From contig JAEUIC010000023.1 of assembly GCA_016795285.1 (NCBI GenBank), positions 1 through 64,000 on the forward strand: a DNA stretch of 64,000 nt, given 5' to 3'. The position numbers and the translations under genes were made by a program. The notes beneath the pieces are model-generated. The model saw only the letters and a list, made by a program, of their open reading frames with translations, did not search any database and was not told the origin of the DNA. Below, in pieces: positions 19,601 to 27,744 of this stretch. The DNA is from Planctomycetota bacterium (GTDB lineage: Bacteria > Planctomycetota > B15-G4 > SIAN01). Every line of letters starts with the position of its first letter. Within the stretch, counting starts at the first letter, position 1.

Positions 19601-20261
19601 CTTCGGAGAGCGGGTCGGTGACCACCACGTAGGCGTTGTTCGGCAGGTAGGAGACGACGAAGGCGCCCGTCGCGCGCAGCTCATCGAGCCACGCGTCCTT
19701 CACCGGGCCGTCGAACTGGACGATCCGCAGCCGCCGCTCGCCGTCGGCCGGCGGCTCGACCGGACCGCGCAGATCCTCGCGGATCGACGCGAGGCGCGAG
19801 CGCGTGCCGAGGCGATCGGCGCCGTCCAGCACGAAGCCGTTCACCGGGATCAGCGTCTGCTCGTCGGCGAGCTCTGCGCCCGCGTCGAGCCACTGCGCCA
19901 GCGTCCGGTCGAGCGAGGTGTCGACCAGCGCGTAGGCGAAGGAGCCGTACTCCTCCAGCCGCTCGACCGCGATGCTCTCGGCCAGATGCGCCCGCGCGGC
20001 CGACTCGGTCGGCACCAGCAGGCGGTGGAAGTGGCCCGGCGCCACGTACCCCTCGGGCAGCGCGCCGGCGACGGTCGACTGCGTCGCGCCGTCCTCGGAA
20101 TCGACCCCGACCGCCGCCTCCTGCGCGGGACTCAGCGCTTGGAGCGGCCGCGGCAGCGGCGGCGGCTTCGAACCCAGCAACGGCGCGGCCCCGAGGGCCA
20201 GCAGCGCTGGAATGACCAGCATTCGCGGATCGCGACGCATCTCTTCCTCCCGAGTAGGCAA
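16656..20261 (-). CDS. Secreted subtilisin-like serine protease (S8 family) with two C-terminal proprotein-convertase P-domains
   Basis: Catalytic motifs VDDGVD, GHGNINAS and GTSHSTPAIAGA, followed by two tandem P-domain repeats (ITHTYKGDLEVSLI.PDGTTV..HNRTGG.TDNL ... DLAATDTG.L..WT). Visibly lower GC than neighbouring genes. Confidence 0.85.
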   Translation of the reverse strand: MPTREEEMRRDPRMLVIPALLALGAAPLLGSKPPPLPRPLQALSPAQEAAVGVDSEDGATQSTVAGALPEGYVAPGHFHRLLVPTESAARAHLAESIAVERLEEYGSFAYALVDTSLDRTLAQWLDAGAELADEQTLIPVNGFVLDGADRLGTRSRLASIREDLRGPVEPPADGERRLRIVQFDGPVKDAWLDELRATGAFVVSYLPNNAYVVVTDPLSEGALGKLRVNDWLLSISTYEPAFKLRPELRPPFLLENALQRIIVQVIADAEGQEFVDRLVAREQSLCEPWRVLDYINVELYTSGAMALALARDTHVFAVEPKLDAMLFDEAQGQIMAGNLNAAGTQPTGPGYLSWLQGLGFPGAGANPFSFAVDVVDDGVDKGSLTDVNVEYRVDGVSTGASRFVYSNNYSGDALGDSQAGHGNINASIIGGFNNLAGTAYEDASGYNYGLGIAPWVKIGNSKVFSNAGAGVFNQSTPTRMANAWNGGARISSNSWGYTSGTTYNSDSQAHDAAVRDAVSGTAGNQAMAIVFAAGNDGSGASTIHPPGTAKNVFTVGASENYRMTGTDGCAIGNTGADNAKDIISFSSRGPTSDSRKKPDIMAPGTHIEGAASRAVGYNGSGVCNQYWPTGQTLYAWSSGTSHSTPAIAGASALLRQWFLNNGLPAPSPAMQKAWLTSTTAYMTGVGANDTLPSNNQGYGRVDLGRTFDTTGRITVDETQVLGATGATYTATGNISTSTQPVRVTLAWTDAPGPTTGNAYVNNLDLEVTVNGTLYRGNVFTGGGSITGGTADVRNNVESVFLPAGTTGAISVTVRATNIAGDGVPGNADTTDQDFALVVYNATAGAPTPDFSLSATPASQTITQGQSTSYTATSTPSNGFGGSVTLSASPVISGVSYSFSPNPIAANGSSTLTVTTTATATVGTHTVTITGTSGSLVHSTTVQLVINSAGGGGNPVKTFTVAPNVAIPDNNTTGVTSTINVPNSLTVSSIALTTDITHTYKGDLEVSLIGPDGTTVIVHNRTGGSTDNLKTTFAIVTTPAAALSAFNGKNTAGNWSVKVRDLAATDTGTLGSWTITFNGEASVSPNLSIPDNNTTGVSSPITYSQTGTVASVKVRVDITHTYKGDLEVSLIAPDGTTVLLHNRTGGATDNLQTEYPDLTAPAGSLSAFTGKSIAGNWTLKVRDLAATDTGKLNKWTLSLTAQ
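16680..17410. repeat. Tandem direct repeat of about 366 bp (two units, about 85% identical) inside the S8 protease gene, encoding the duplicated P-domain
   Basis: Sequence 16715-16925 closely matches 17081-17300. The shared segment GTCGCGGACCTTCA..CCAGTTGCC ... ATCAGCGACACCTCGAG.TCGCCCTTGTAGGTGTGGGTGATGTC occurs in both. Confidence 0.8.
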
Positions 20262-20520
20262 CCATTCCGGGTCGCAGTCCGTGACGGACGCGACCGATCC
20301 GCCGCCGTCTTCCCGGGCGGCAGCGAACGACGAAGCGGACGCTAGCCGCCGCCGTCACGCGAAGGAACGAGCCGCTGCACGCGCGAAGGTTCCATCGCGG
20401 ACGAGTCGCGCGACCCTTTTCGCGGTGGCGGCGCGCGACGAGCGTGCGGATCGTCGCGCCGCCGGATTCACCGTCTACTCCTCGGTGGCCCAGCGCCCCG
20501 CTCGATGCGAAGTTGCCGGC

Positions 20521-21609
20521 ATGAAGCGCTCACGAAGCATGGCCCCCGTGGCCCCGCCCCTCCCAACCCTCCCGCCGCGCGCGGCGCTGCTGCGCGCGGT
20601 GGCTGCCCGCGACGCGAGCTTCGACGGGCTCGTCTACTTCGCGGTGAAGACCACCGGGATCTTCTGCCGGCCAGGCTGCCCCGCGCGCACGCCGCGGCCC
20701 GACCACGTCGACTTCTTCGCGACCGCCCGCGAGGCGAGCTTCGCCGGCTACCGCCCCTGCCTGCGCTGCCGGCCGCTCGAGCCGCGCGACGCGCCGCCGG
20801 CCTGGCTCGCGCCGTTGCTCTCCGCGCTGGAGTCCGAGCCGCAGCGGCGCTGGCGCGATGCCGATCTGCGCGCGCGCCGCCTCGACCCGGCGCGCGTGCG
20901 CCGCTGGTTCCTCCGCCAGCACGGGATGACCTTCCAAGCCTACTCGCGTGCGCGAAGGCTCGGGACCGCGCTGGCGGAGCTTCGGCGCGGCCAGAAGCTC
21001 GACGCCGTCGCGCTCGACCACGGCTTCGAATCGCACAGCGGCTTCCGCGACGCCTTCGCGCGGTGGTTCGGCGCCCCGCCCGGCCGCGCGCGCCGCGCCG
21101 ATTGCATCACCTTCGCGTGGATCGAGAGCCCGCTCGGACCGTTGATCGCCGCTGCCGTCGACGAGGGGCTCTGCCTGCTCGAGTTCACCGATCGGCGCAT
21201 GCTCGAAGCGCAGCTCACCCGCCTGCGCCGCCGCATCGATCGCCCGGCGCTCGAAGGCGACCACCCCCACCTCGCGCAGCTGCGCCGCGAACTCGCCGAC
21301 TTCTTCGCCGGACGGCGCACCCGCTTCGACGTGCCGCTCTACGCCCCCGGCAGCGACTTCGAGCAGCGCGTCTGGCAGGAGCTGCAGCGCATCCCGTGCG
21401 GCGCGACGCGCAGCTACGTCGAGCTCGCGCGCGCGATCGGCATCCCGAAGGCGGCGCGCGCCGTCGGCCGCGCCAACGGCATGAACCGCGTCGCCATCGT
21501 CATCCCGTGCCACCGCGTCATCCGCGACGACGGCACGCTCGGCGGCTACGGCGGCGGCAAGTGGCGCAAGGAGCGGCTGCTGGCGCTCGAGCGGGGGGAA
21601 GCCGGCTGA
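20521..21609 (+). CDS. ada: Bifunctional Ada: methylphosphotriester-DNA methyltransferase / AraC-type regulator / O6-methylguanine-DNA methyltransferase
   Basis: N-terminal Ada zinc domain (FCRPGCPAR), AraC HTH region, and C-terminal MGMT active site IPCHRVI. Start MKRSRSMAP at 20521. Confidence 0.85.
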   Translation: MKRSRSMAPVAPPLPTLPPRAALLRAVAARDASFDGLVYFAVKTTGIFCRPGCPARTPRPDHVDFFATAREASFAGYRPCLRCRPLEPRDAPPAWLAPLLSALESEPQRRWRDADLRARRLDPARVRRWFLRQHGMTFQAYSRARRLGTALAELRRGQKLDAVALDHGFESHSGFRDAFARWFGAPPGRARRADCITFAWIESPLGPLIAAAVDEGLCLLEFTDRRMLEAQLTRLRRRIDRPALEGDHPHLAQLRRELADFFAGRRTRFDVPLYAPGSDFEQRVWQELQRIPCGATRSYVELARAIGIPKAARAVGRANGMNRVAIVIPCHRVIRDDGTLGGYGGGKWRKERLLALERGEAG

Positions 21610-21627
21610 GGAGCCACGGCCAGGCGC

Positions 21628-23100
21628 CTACAGCAGCGTCCAGACCAGCACGCCCACCAGCAGCGGATAGAGCAGCATCGACGGCCAGCCGAACCGCGGA
21701 CCGCGGTAGAGGCGCGCTTCGTTGGCGCGGGCGACGACCCGCGCGGCCATCTCACCGAGGTGCGGTGCATCGGAGGTCGGCGCCTTCAGTTCGACGGTGT
21801 TGCCCGAGCTGGCGCTGACGTGCCACGGAGTTCGTTCCGGACCGAGGTACGTCAACGGTCCAACGCGCTCCACGGCGATCGACTGCTCCTCGAGCGTCCG
21901 CTCCAGCAGGCGCACCGTGGTTGCATCGTCGAGGCCGACGATCACTCTGGAGACATGGTCGCGCGGCCACCACCAGCGAGTCGTGATGACGTAGACCACG
22001 ACCACCACGATGGGTTGGCCGAGCCCCCACCAGAAGTCATGGCCGAGCGAACCGCGCCAATCGCCGAGTCGCAGGCAGAGAGCGGCAAGCGAGTCGTCAG
22101 CGAAGATCAGGAACATCGGCACCAGCGGCCAGACGAGGTCGCGCGCGCGCGCCGCCGGCAGCAACTCCACGCGGCGGCGGAACCAACGCCGCCATTCCTT
22201 CACGCTCATGAGGCAGCAGTACGCCAGCAGGACCACCCACCAGGAGTTATCGATCCAGCCCGCCGGCCACTGCCTTCGCTCGGGAGGCGGCGCGACCAGC
22301 GCGAAGTGGCTCGCGTCGAAGGTGCGGTCGAACCGCGTCTCGATCTGCAGCAGGAGGTGATCGGGCCAGTCGCGGTCGCGCCGCGCTTCGACGATCTCGC
22401 AGTGCCGCACGGCCGCGTCCTGCGGATCGATCCAGAGCGTCACCGCGCGATGCGGCTGTTCCAGCTGGAGCCGCTGCACCGATCGCCCGTCCCACTGGAC
22501 CTCCGCCACCGCGCTCCGCGGGGTGCCAGCGAGCAGCAGCATCGGCGTCGGCCGCCCCGGCGGCACATCGCCGCCGCCCGGCTCGAGCAGCTCGAGCAGC
22601 GCGCGCGGCAGCTCCGGATCGCCGGCGTCGAGCGCGTCGTCGAGATCGGCGCAGACTTGCGGCTGCGAGCGGTGCCCCGCCCAGCGCTGCAGGGCATCGG
22701 GTGCGCCGTCGCCGCGATCGACGGCCACGAACTTCCCTTCCTCGCTCTCGCCATCGCGCGAATCGAGCGCGACGAAGAGGCGGCCGCCCCGCTCGAAGCG
22801 GATCGTCAGCGACTGCTCCACGCGTTCCCGCAGCTCGTCGCCCTCATGGGTGCGCAAGTCAGCCGCGACGATCAACTCGGCCCGCTCGCACTCGCCGTAG
22901 CGCTGCCGCACCCGCTCGACCAGCGCGACGGCGTCGGTCGGCGCAGAGTCGATCGTTGCAGCGCCGGTCGGCGCGGCCTCCTGCAGCACAGCGCTCGCTC
23001 TCGCCATCGTCGCCGACGTCGCTGGCGTCGCCGGCGCCGCCGGCGCCGCCACGGTGATGGTGACCGCCGCGAGCAGCAGTGCGTTCCGCAGCGCACTCAT
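21628..23100 (-). CDS. Hypothetical exported protein with a C-terminal polytopic membrane region (491 aa)
   Basis: Signal peptide (MSALRNALLLAAVTITVAA), a soluble domain, then Trp-rich TM segments (WWVVLLAYCCLM, IVVVVVYVITTRWWW). Its start overlaps the upstream stop as ATGA. Only the C-terminal 491 aa of the giant ORF 21628-25992 is credible. Confidence 0.5.
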   Translation of the reverse strand: MSALRNALLLAAVTITVAAPAAPATPATSATMARASAVLQEAAPTGAATIDSAPTDAVALVERVRQRYGECERAELIVAADLRTHEGDELRERVEQSLTIRFERGGRLFVALDSRDGESEEGKFVAVDRGDGAPDALQRWAGHRSQPQVCADLDDALDAGDPELPRALLELLEPGGGDVPPGRPTPMLLLAGTPRSAVAEVQWDGRSVQRLQLEQPHRAVTLWIDPQDAAVRHCEIVEARRDRDWPDHLLLQIETRFDRTFDASHFALVAPPPERRQWPAGWIDNSWWVVLLAYCCLMSVKEWRRWFRRRVELLPAARARDLVWPLVPMFLIFADDSLAALCLRLGDWRGSLGHDFWWGLGQPIVVVVVYVITTRWWWPRDHVSRVIVGLDDATTVRLLERTLEEQSIAVERVGPLTYLGPERTPWHVSASSGNTVELKAPTSDAPHLGEMAARVVARANEARLYRGPRFGWPSMLLYPLLVGVLVWTLL

Positions 23101-23750
23101 GTGCCCGCGCTCTCTTGTGCTCCGCTCTTCACCACGGTCGGCGAGAAGAAGAGCGGCTCCGCCTGCTCGACCGGCAGCGCCGCGGCGGCGCGCCGCAGCG
23201 CCGCGCCATCGCCCTTCTCGACCCGCTCGCGCACCGTGTGGCCGACGAGACCGCGCCCCCACACTTCCCAACCGCTGACCGAAAGCCCTTCCGCGTCGCA
23301 CCACTCGACGTAGCGCGCCACCTGCGACGTCGGCAGCGCGAAGCGCTGCGAATCGACCGGGGCGATCGCGGTCGCCATGAGCGAGTCGGGCAGCGGGCCG
23401 TTCGCGTAGAGATGCGTCTCCTCGCCGGCGAACGTGAAGCCGCAGCTCGGGCAGCTCGCGACGTCGGCGAGCAGCGGCTCCTTGCAAGCGAGGCAGCGTT
23501 CCGGCCCCTCCGCGATCGGCGCGTCGTCGAGCCGTCCACCGCGTGCGAGGCCGGCCAGCAGCGCGCGCGCGCGCTCCTCCTGCTCGATCGGCACGCGCAG
23601 TCGCACCTCGCCGAGGCAGCCGGCCCAGAGGTCGGTCGAGTTCGCGTGGAGCAGCTCGACGGCGATCCCTTCCGCCTCGAGCAGCGCCTTCGCGGTCGCC
23701 GCCGCCGCGTAGTGCTGGAACGAGTCGACCTGCACCTGCTCGCTCGCCAT
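23097..23750 (-). CDS. DUF2007-like putative signal-transducing protein with a Cys4 zinc ribbon
   Basis: N-terminal SFQHYAAAATAKALLEAEGIAVEL matches the DUF2007 pattern; CLACKEP...CPSCGF forms a zinc ribbon. Translationally coupled to the downstream gene. Confidence 0.5.
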   Translation of the reverse strand: MASEQVQVDSFQHYAAAATAKALLEAEGIAVELLHANSTDLWAGCLGEVRLRVPIEQEERARALLAGLARGGRLDDAPIAEGPERCLACKEPLLADVASCPSCGFTFAGEETHLYANGPLPDSLMATAIAPVDSQRFALPTSQVARYVEWCDAEGLSVSGWEVWGRGLVGHTVRERVEKGDGAALRRAAAALPVEQAEPLFFSPTVVKSGAQESAGT

Positions 23751-23771
23751 GGGAACTCCCCTTCGCGCCGA

Positions 23772-24560
23772 TCAGAGGAACTCGAGCGCGAGATTGAACA
23801 GCGCGTGCGCCAGCGCCACCACCCACAAGTTCCGCGTCACCAGCCAACCCGCGGTGAGGAGCGCGCCGAAGCCGAAGACCGCCGTGATGCCGGACGCGTC
23901 GTAGTAGACGTGGTACGACGTGAACGCGACGTTCGACAAGAGCAGCGCCACTGCCAGCGAACCGGTCGCCGCGCGCAGGCGCGTGATCAGGTAGGCGCAC
24001 ATCGCCAGCTCCTCGGCGAAGCCGTTGGCGAGGTGCGTCGCGACGATCCCCGCCACCGCGAGCGGCGCGCGCTGCACGGTCGCGAAGCCCGCGCCTTCGA
24101 GCGACTCGTCCGTCGGCGCGTCGTCGAGCCACGGCACCGACCCGCTCCACGCCCACCAGCCGCGCTGCACGGTCCCGTCGACGCCGAACAGCAGCACCAC
24201 CAGCAGCCCGATCATCAGCGCGCCGGCCACGCCCTCTTTCCAGCGCGGCCGCACGAGGCCGAGTTCGCGCCAAGCCATCCCGCCGCGGCGAGCGATGAAG
24301 AGGAGCGGGATCGCGACGTAGAGGCTGCGCAGGAGGATGCGCGCGTAGTAGGCGCTCGGCTCGATGGCGTACGGTGCGAGCCGGTAGTGCACGGCTTCGA
24401 CCAGCGCCGGCACGACGGCGATGCAGGCGACGGCCAGCAGCTCCGGAACAAGCTCCGGCCGCCGCTCCACCGCACGAGGGGGCGCGGCGGCGCGCTCCTC
24501 CACGCCGCCACGCTCCGCTGGCGCGGCGCGCGGATCGATGTGCTCCCCGATCGGCGACAT
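23772..24560 (-). CDS. CPBP-family intramembrane metalloprotease (CAAX protease / Abi-like)
   Basis: Multi-TM protein with the three CPBP motifs: FAEELAMCAYLITRL (EExxxR), TSYHVYYD (FxxxH) and HALFNLALEF (HxxxN). Confidence 0.75.
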   Translation of the reverse strand: MSPIGEHIDPRAAPAERGGVEERAAAPPRAVERRPELVPELLAVACIAVVPALVEAVHYRLAPYAIEPSAYYARILLRSLYVAIPLLFIARRGGMAWRELGLVRPRWKEGVAGALMIGLLVVLLFGVDGTVQRGWWAWSGSVPWLDDAPTDESLEGAGFATVQRAPLAVAGIVATHLANGFAEELAMCAYLITRLRAATGSLAVALLLSNVAFTSYHVYYDASGITAVFGFGALLTAGWLVTRNLWVVALAHALFNLALEFL

Positions 24561-24641
24561 GCCTCAGACCTCCGCTCGGCGGGACAGGCGCGAGCGGCGG
24601 TGAGCGTAGCGCGAGCGGCGCGATCGTGCGGTCGCTCGGCG

Positions 24642-27086
24642 TCAGCCGCCGTTGTCGCCGTCGTCGACCGCTTCGCCTGCGTCGCCGGTCGGTTCCGGCG
24701 GGGCGACGGACGAGCTGTCGTAGATCAGCTCGACGCCCGCGCTCGCGCCCTCGCCGCCGTCGACGGTGAAGACGGCGCCGTCGCCGAAGCTGATCGATCC
24801 GAAGTCGAAGGTGATCGTCTGGCCGCGGCGCTGCTCGTGGCACTGGGTGCAGGAGTCGGGTTCGGGGAGCGCGATCCAGGCGAGCTCCTCGCGGCGGCGC
24901 TCGGTCATCTCCAGCGCGACGACTTGCGGCAGCGGTTCGCCGTAGCGGAGGTCGAGCGCGACGGGGGCGCTCTCGTAGCCACCGCAGCGCACCGTCAGCG
25001 ACAGCTGCGCGCGCGGCAGCGGACCGATCAGGAAGGCGTCGGAGCGCTTCGCGACGACATCGAGTCCGATCGGTTCGAGCTGCGGCTCCTGCACGGCGAC
25101 GCGCAGCGCATCCTCCGCCGCACGTTCGCGATCGATCCGGTCGGGCCAAGGCGAGGCGGTCATCTCGCGGTAGATCGGGCTGCCCTCGAAGTCGGTGAGG
25201 AAGGCGTGTCGGGTCGTCGATTCGACGCGCGTCTGCAACAGCCGCATGATCTGGACGACCGCCCGCTCCTGCAGCGTGCCGTTCGCCTCGTTCTCGCCGT
25301 TGGCCATCGCCGGCAGCAGGACGAGCGGCGGGCCGACCGACGCTCGCACCGCCTCGCCCTCCGGGACGAACGTCCCTTCGGCGATCCGCTTCGCGTCGCG
25401 CTCCACGAGGAACTCGATCGGCGCGCGCTCCTCGCGGTGGAACGTCGCCCAGTCGCCGCCGAACAGCGCGCCGCGCGCGTGGCGCAGCTCGACGACGAGG
25501 TGGGTCGGTGCGCTGACGTCGAGCGCCTGCCAGGTGTAGCCGCCGCGCGCCACGTCGACGCGCACTTGCGCGACGTCGCGCCGCGCGGGATCGAAGGCGC
25601 GCAGGAAGTAGCTGCCCTCGGCCAATCCGGTGAAGCGGAAGCGGCGGGTGCGCGAGAGGGTGAACCAGGTCGGATCGTCGCCGTCCCCGCAACCGTGCTG
25701 CGGCGCGTCGTTCGACTCGGCGATCAGCTCCTCCTCCGTCGCCCGCTCCGCCGCCTGCGCCGCCGCCTGCACCGCCGCGCGGCAGTCGGCGCAGCGGCGG
25801 CGCCCGCGTCCGCGCAGCTCGACCTGCACCGGCGCGTCGTCGGGCAGATGGCGCGCGATCACCTCGCCCTCGATCACGCCGTGGCCTCGCGACAGCGCGA
25901 AGGGGCCGAGCGCGAGCTGCACCGCCGGCTCCACCGTGAAGTCGGGGAGGAGCAGCGGCTCGTAGCCGCGCGCCTCGACCAGCGCGCTCCACCGCCCCGC
26001 GGTGAGCCCGACGTCGATCGTCGCGCCGTCGCCGTGCTCCGCGAAGCGCGCGTCCGCGAGGAAGCGCACCTGCACGTCGCTGCCGATCGGCAGCCCCGAC
26101 TCCTCATCGACCAGCGTGAAGGTGACCCGCCCCGCTTGCGGCAGCTCGCTCACCGCCGCGTTCGGGTCGCCGTCGCGCTGCGCCGCCTCGCGCTGCGCTT
26201 CCGGCAGCGCCGCGTCGGCGAGGGGCGCGTGCGCGACGCTCGCCGGATCCGCGAGCGGCGCGACGCTCGGCGCCTCGACGCGCGCACCGGACCCCACCAG
26301 CGCGGGCGGCAGCCAGCTCGTGCGCGTCGAGTAACCGACGGCGACCAACGCCGCGCTCGCGAGCCCGACCGTAAGCCAACTCTTGATCGCCATGATCGAG
26401 ACTCCCGCGGCGCACGCTCCGCCGACCCACCACCCCGTGCCGCCACTCGCGTGGACGGGAACCGTGCCCGCGCTGGCAGCGCTGCCGCTCGCGCCGGCGG
26501 CGCCGACCGTGAGCTCCGCCACCGTCCGCACGCCGGCGATCGGCAGCAACAACGCGACCCAACCGTGCGCGCCGTAGCGCCGATCGAGCTCGGCGCGCAA
26601 CCGCTCGAGCCCGCGCCGCAGCCGCGCGCGCACCGTATCGGCCGGCAGCCCGACGCGCGCCGCGATCTCGCCCGGCGTGAGCCCTTCGTGGAAGCGCAGC
26701 AGCAGCGTGGTGCGCTCCGGCTCGCCCAACGCGAGGACGGCGCGCGACAGCTCCTGTTCGAGCTCGACCCGCTCCACCAGCTCCGCCGTCGACGGGAGCG
26801 CCTCGCGTTGCGCCGCGCCCCGCTCGCGCGTTCCGCGGCGCGCTTCGCTGCGCCACCACTTCGCTGCGAGCTGCCGCGTCGCCGTCGCCAGCCAGCCGCG
26901 CAGCGCGCCCGCCTCGCGCGGCGGTGCAGCGAGGCTGGCCGTCAGCACCTCCTGCGCGACGTCGTCGGCCGCCGCCGGCGCCACCAACCGCCGCGCCAGC
27001 GCGCGCACGAAGCCGCGCTGCGCCACCAGCCGTGCGGCGTGGGGCGAGAGCGGTTCGGAGGTCGGCGGGTCGGGGAAGGGGCGCAT
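24642..27086 (-). CDS. ECF sigma-70 factor fused in frame to a transmembrane segment and a large extracytoplasmic domain of about 550 aa (single 814-aa ORF)
   Basis: Region 2 (DDVAQEVLTA ... WLATATRQLA) and region 4 (LLLRFHEGLTPGEIAARVGLPADTVRARLRRGLERLR) of ECF sigma factors. Then a TM helix (MAIKSWLTVGLASAALVAVGY) with no intervening stop in this frame, then a long C-terminal domain. Could also be sigma plus anti-sigma separated by an undetected frameshift. Confidence 0.6.
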   Translation of the reverse strand: MRPFPDPPTSEPLSPHAARLVAQRGFVRALARRLVAPAAADDVAQEVLTASLAAPPREAGALRGWLATATRQLAAKWWRSEARRGTRERGAAQREALPSTAELVERVELEQELSRAVLALGEPERTTLLLRFHEGLTPGEIAARVGLPADTVRARLRRGLERLRAELDRRYGAHGWVALLLPIAGVRTVAELTVGAAGASGSAASAGTVPVHASGGTGWWVGGACAAGVSIMAIKSWLTVGLASAALVAVGYSTRTSWLPPALVGSGARVEAPSVAPLADPASVAHAPLADAALPEAQREAAQRDGDPNAAVSELPQAGRVTFTLVDEESGLPIGSDVQVRFLADARFAEHGDGATIDVGLTAGRWSALVEARGYEPLLLPDFTVEPAVQLALGPFALSRGHGVIEGEVIARHLPDDAPVQVELRGRGRRRCADCRAAVQAAAQAAERATEEELIAESNDAPQHGCGDGDDPTWFTLSRTRRFRFTGLAEGSYFLRAFDPARRDVAQVRVDVARGGYTWQALDVSAPTHLVVELRHARGALFGGDWATFHREERAPIEFLVERDAKRIAEGTFVPEGEAVRASVGPPLVLLPAMANGENEANGTLQERAVVQIMRLLQTRVESTTRHAFLTDFEGSPIYREMTASPWPDRIDRERAAEDALRVAVQEPQLEPIGLDVVAKRSDAFLIGPLPRAQLSLTVRCGGYESAPVALDLRYGEPLPQVVALEMTERRREELAWIALPEPDSCTQCHEQRRGQTITFDFGSISFGDGAVFTVDGGEGASAGVELIYDSSSVAPPEPTGDAGEAVDDGDNGG

Positions 27087-27317
27087 GGGCTCGATACGGA
27101 GTACCCACGGAGTGCGCGGGTGCGAAGGGGCCGGCCGATTTCACGCCGCGCCGCCGGTGCGGCTCCCGTGCCGTGCGGAGCGGTGCGCCGGCGCCGGGCG
27201 TTCGCGAGAAAGTCGGGCTAGACTCCCGCGCCGCTCGTACGAGTGACGCGCGCGACGACGAGGCGGCAGTGCGCCGCTCCCACCGCGCCCCTGCCGCTCG
27301 CGGAACGGAGTCCTGCG

Positions 27318-27722
27318 ATGCCACTGCTGCTGCTCGGCCCGATCGGGGCCCCGGAACTGCTGATCATCCTGATGCTCGGCCTGCTGATGTTCGGCGGCCG
27401 GCTGCCCGACGTGGCGCGCTCGCTCGGCAAGTCGGTGAACCAGTTCAAGAAGGGGCTGAAGGACCTCGACGACGACGTCGACGCCGCCGACCGCCGCAAC
27501 AGCGCGCCGACTCCCGTCACGCCGCGCGCGACGCTCGCCCCGCCCGCGCTCCACGCGCCGCTGATTGATCGCAGCGAGCCGACCGGCAGCGCCGTCGGCG
27601 CCACCGGAGGTGCCGTCGCCAACGAGGTCGCCAGCACGGCCAGCGCCGCCACGAGCGCCGCGACCGTCCCCTCGGCCGACGCGAGCAGCGCCCCGCCCGC
27701 GAGCGAGCCGCCGCGCGCCTGA
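27318..27722 (+). CDS. tatA: Sec-independent protein translocase TatA/E
   Basis: MPLLLLGPIGAPELLIILMLGLLMFGGRLPDVARSLGKSVNQFKKG: TM helix, the FGxxKLP hinge and an amphipathic helix, with an Ala/Ser/Pro-rich tail. Start at 27318. Confidence 0.8.
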   Translation: MPLLLLGPIGAPELLIILMLGLLMFGGRLPDVARSLGKSVNQFKKGLKDLDDDVDAADRRNSAPTPVTPRATLAPPALHAPLIDRSEPTGSAVGATGGAVANEVASTASAATSAATVPSADASSAPPASEPPRA

Positions 27723-27744
27723 GCTGCGAGCCCGAACCACGCGC

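Noticed and set aside
21628-25992. Giant 1454-aa minus ORF and 1380-aa plus ORF (23079-27221)
   Set aside because: Only the C-terminal 491 aa (from MSALRN) of the minus ORF is protein-like. The remainder runs antisense or out of frame through the CPBP and sigma genes. The plus ORF is an Arg-rich artefact.
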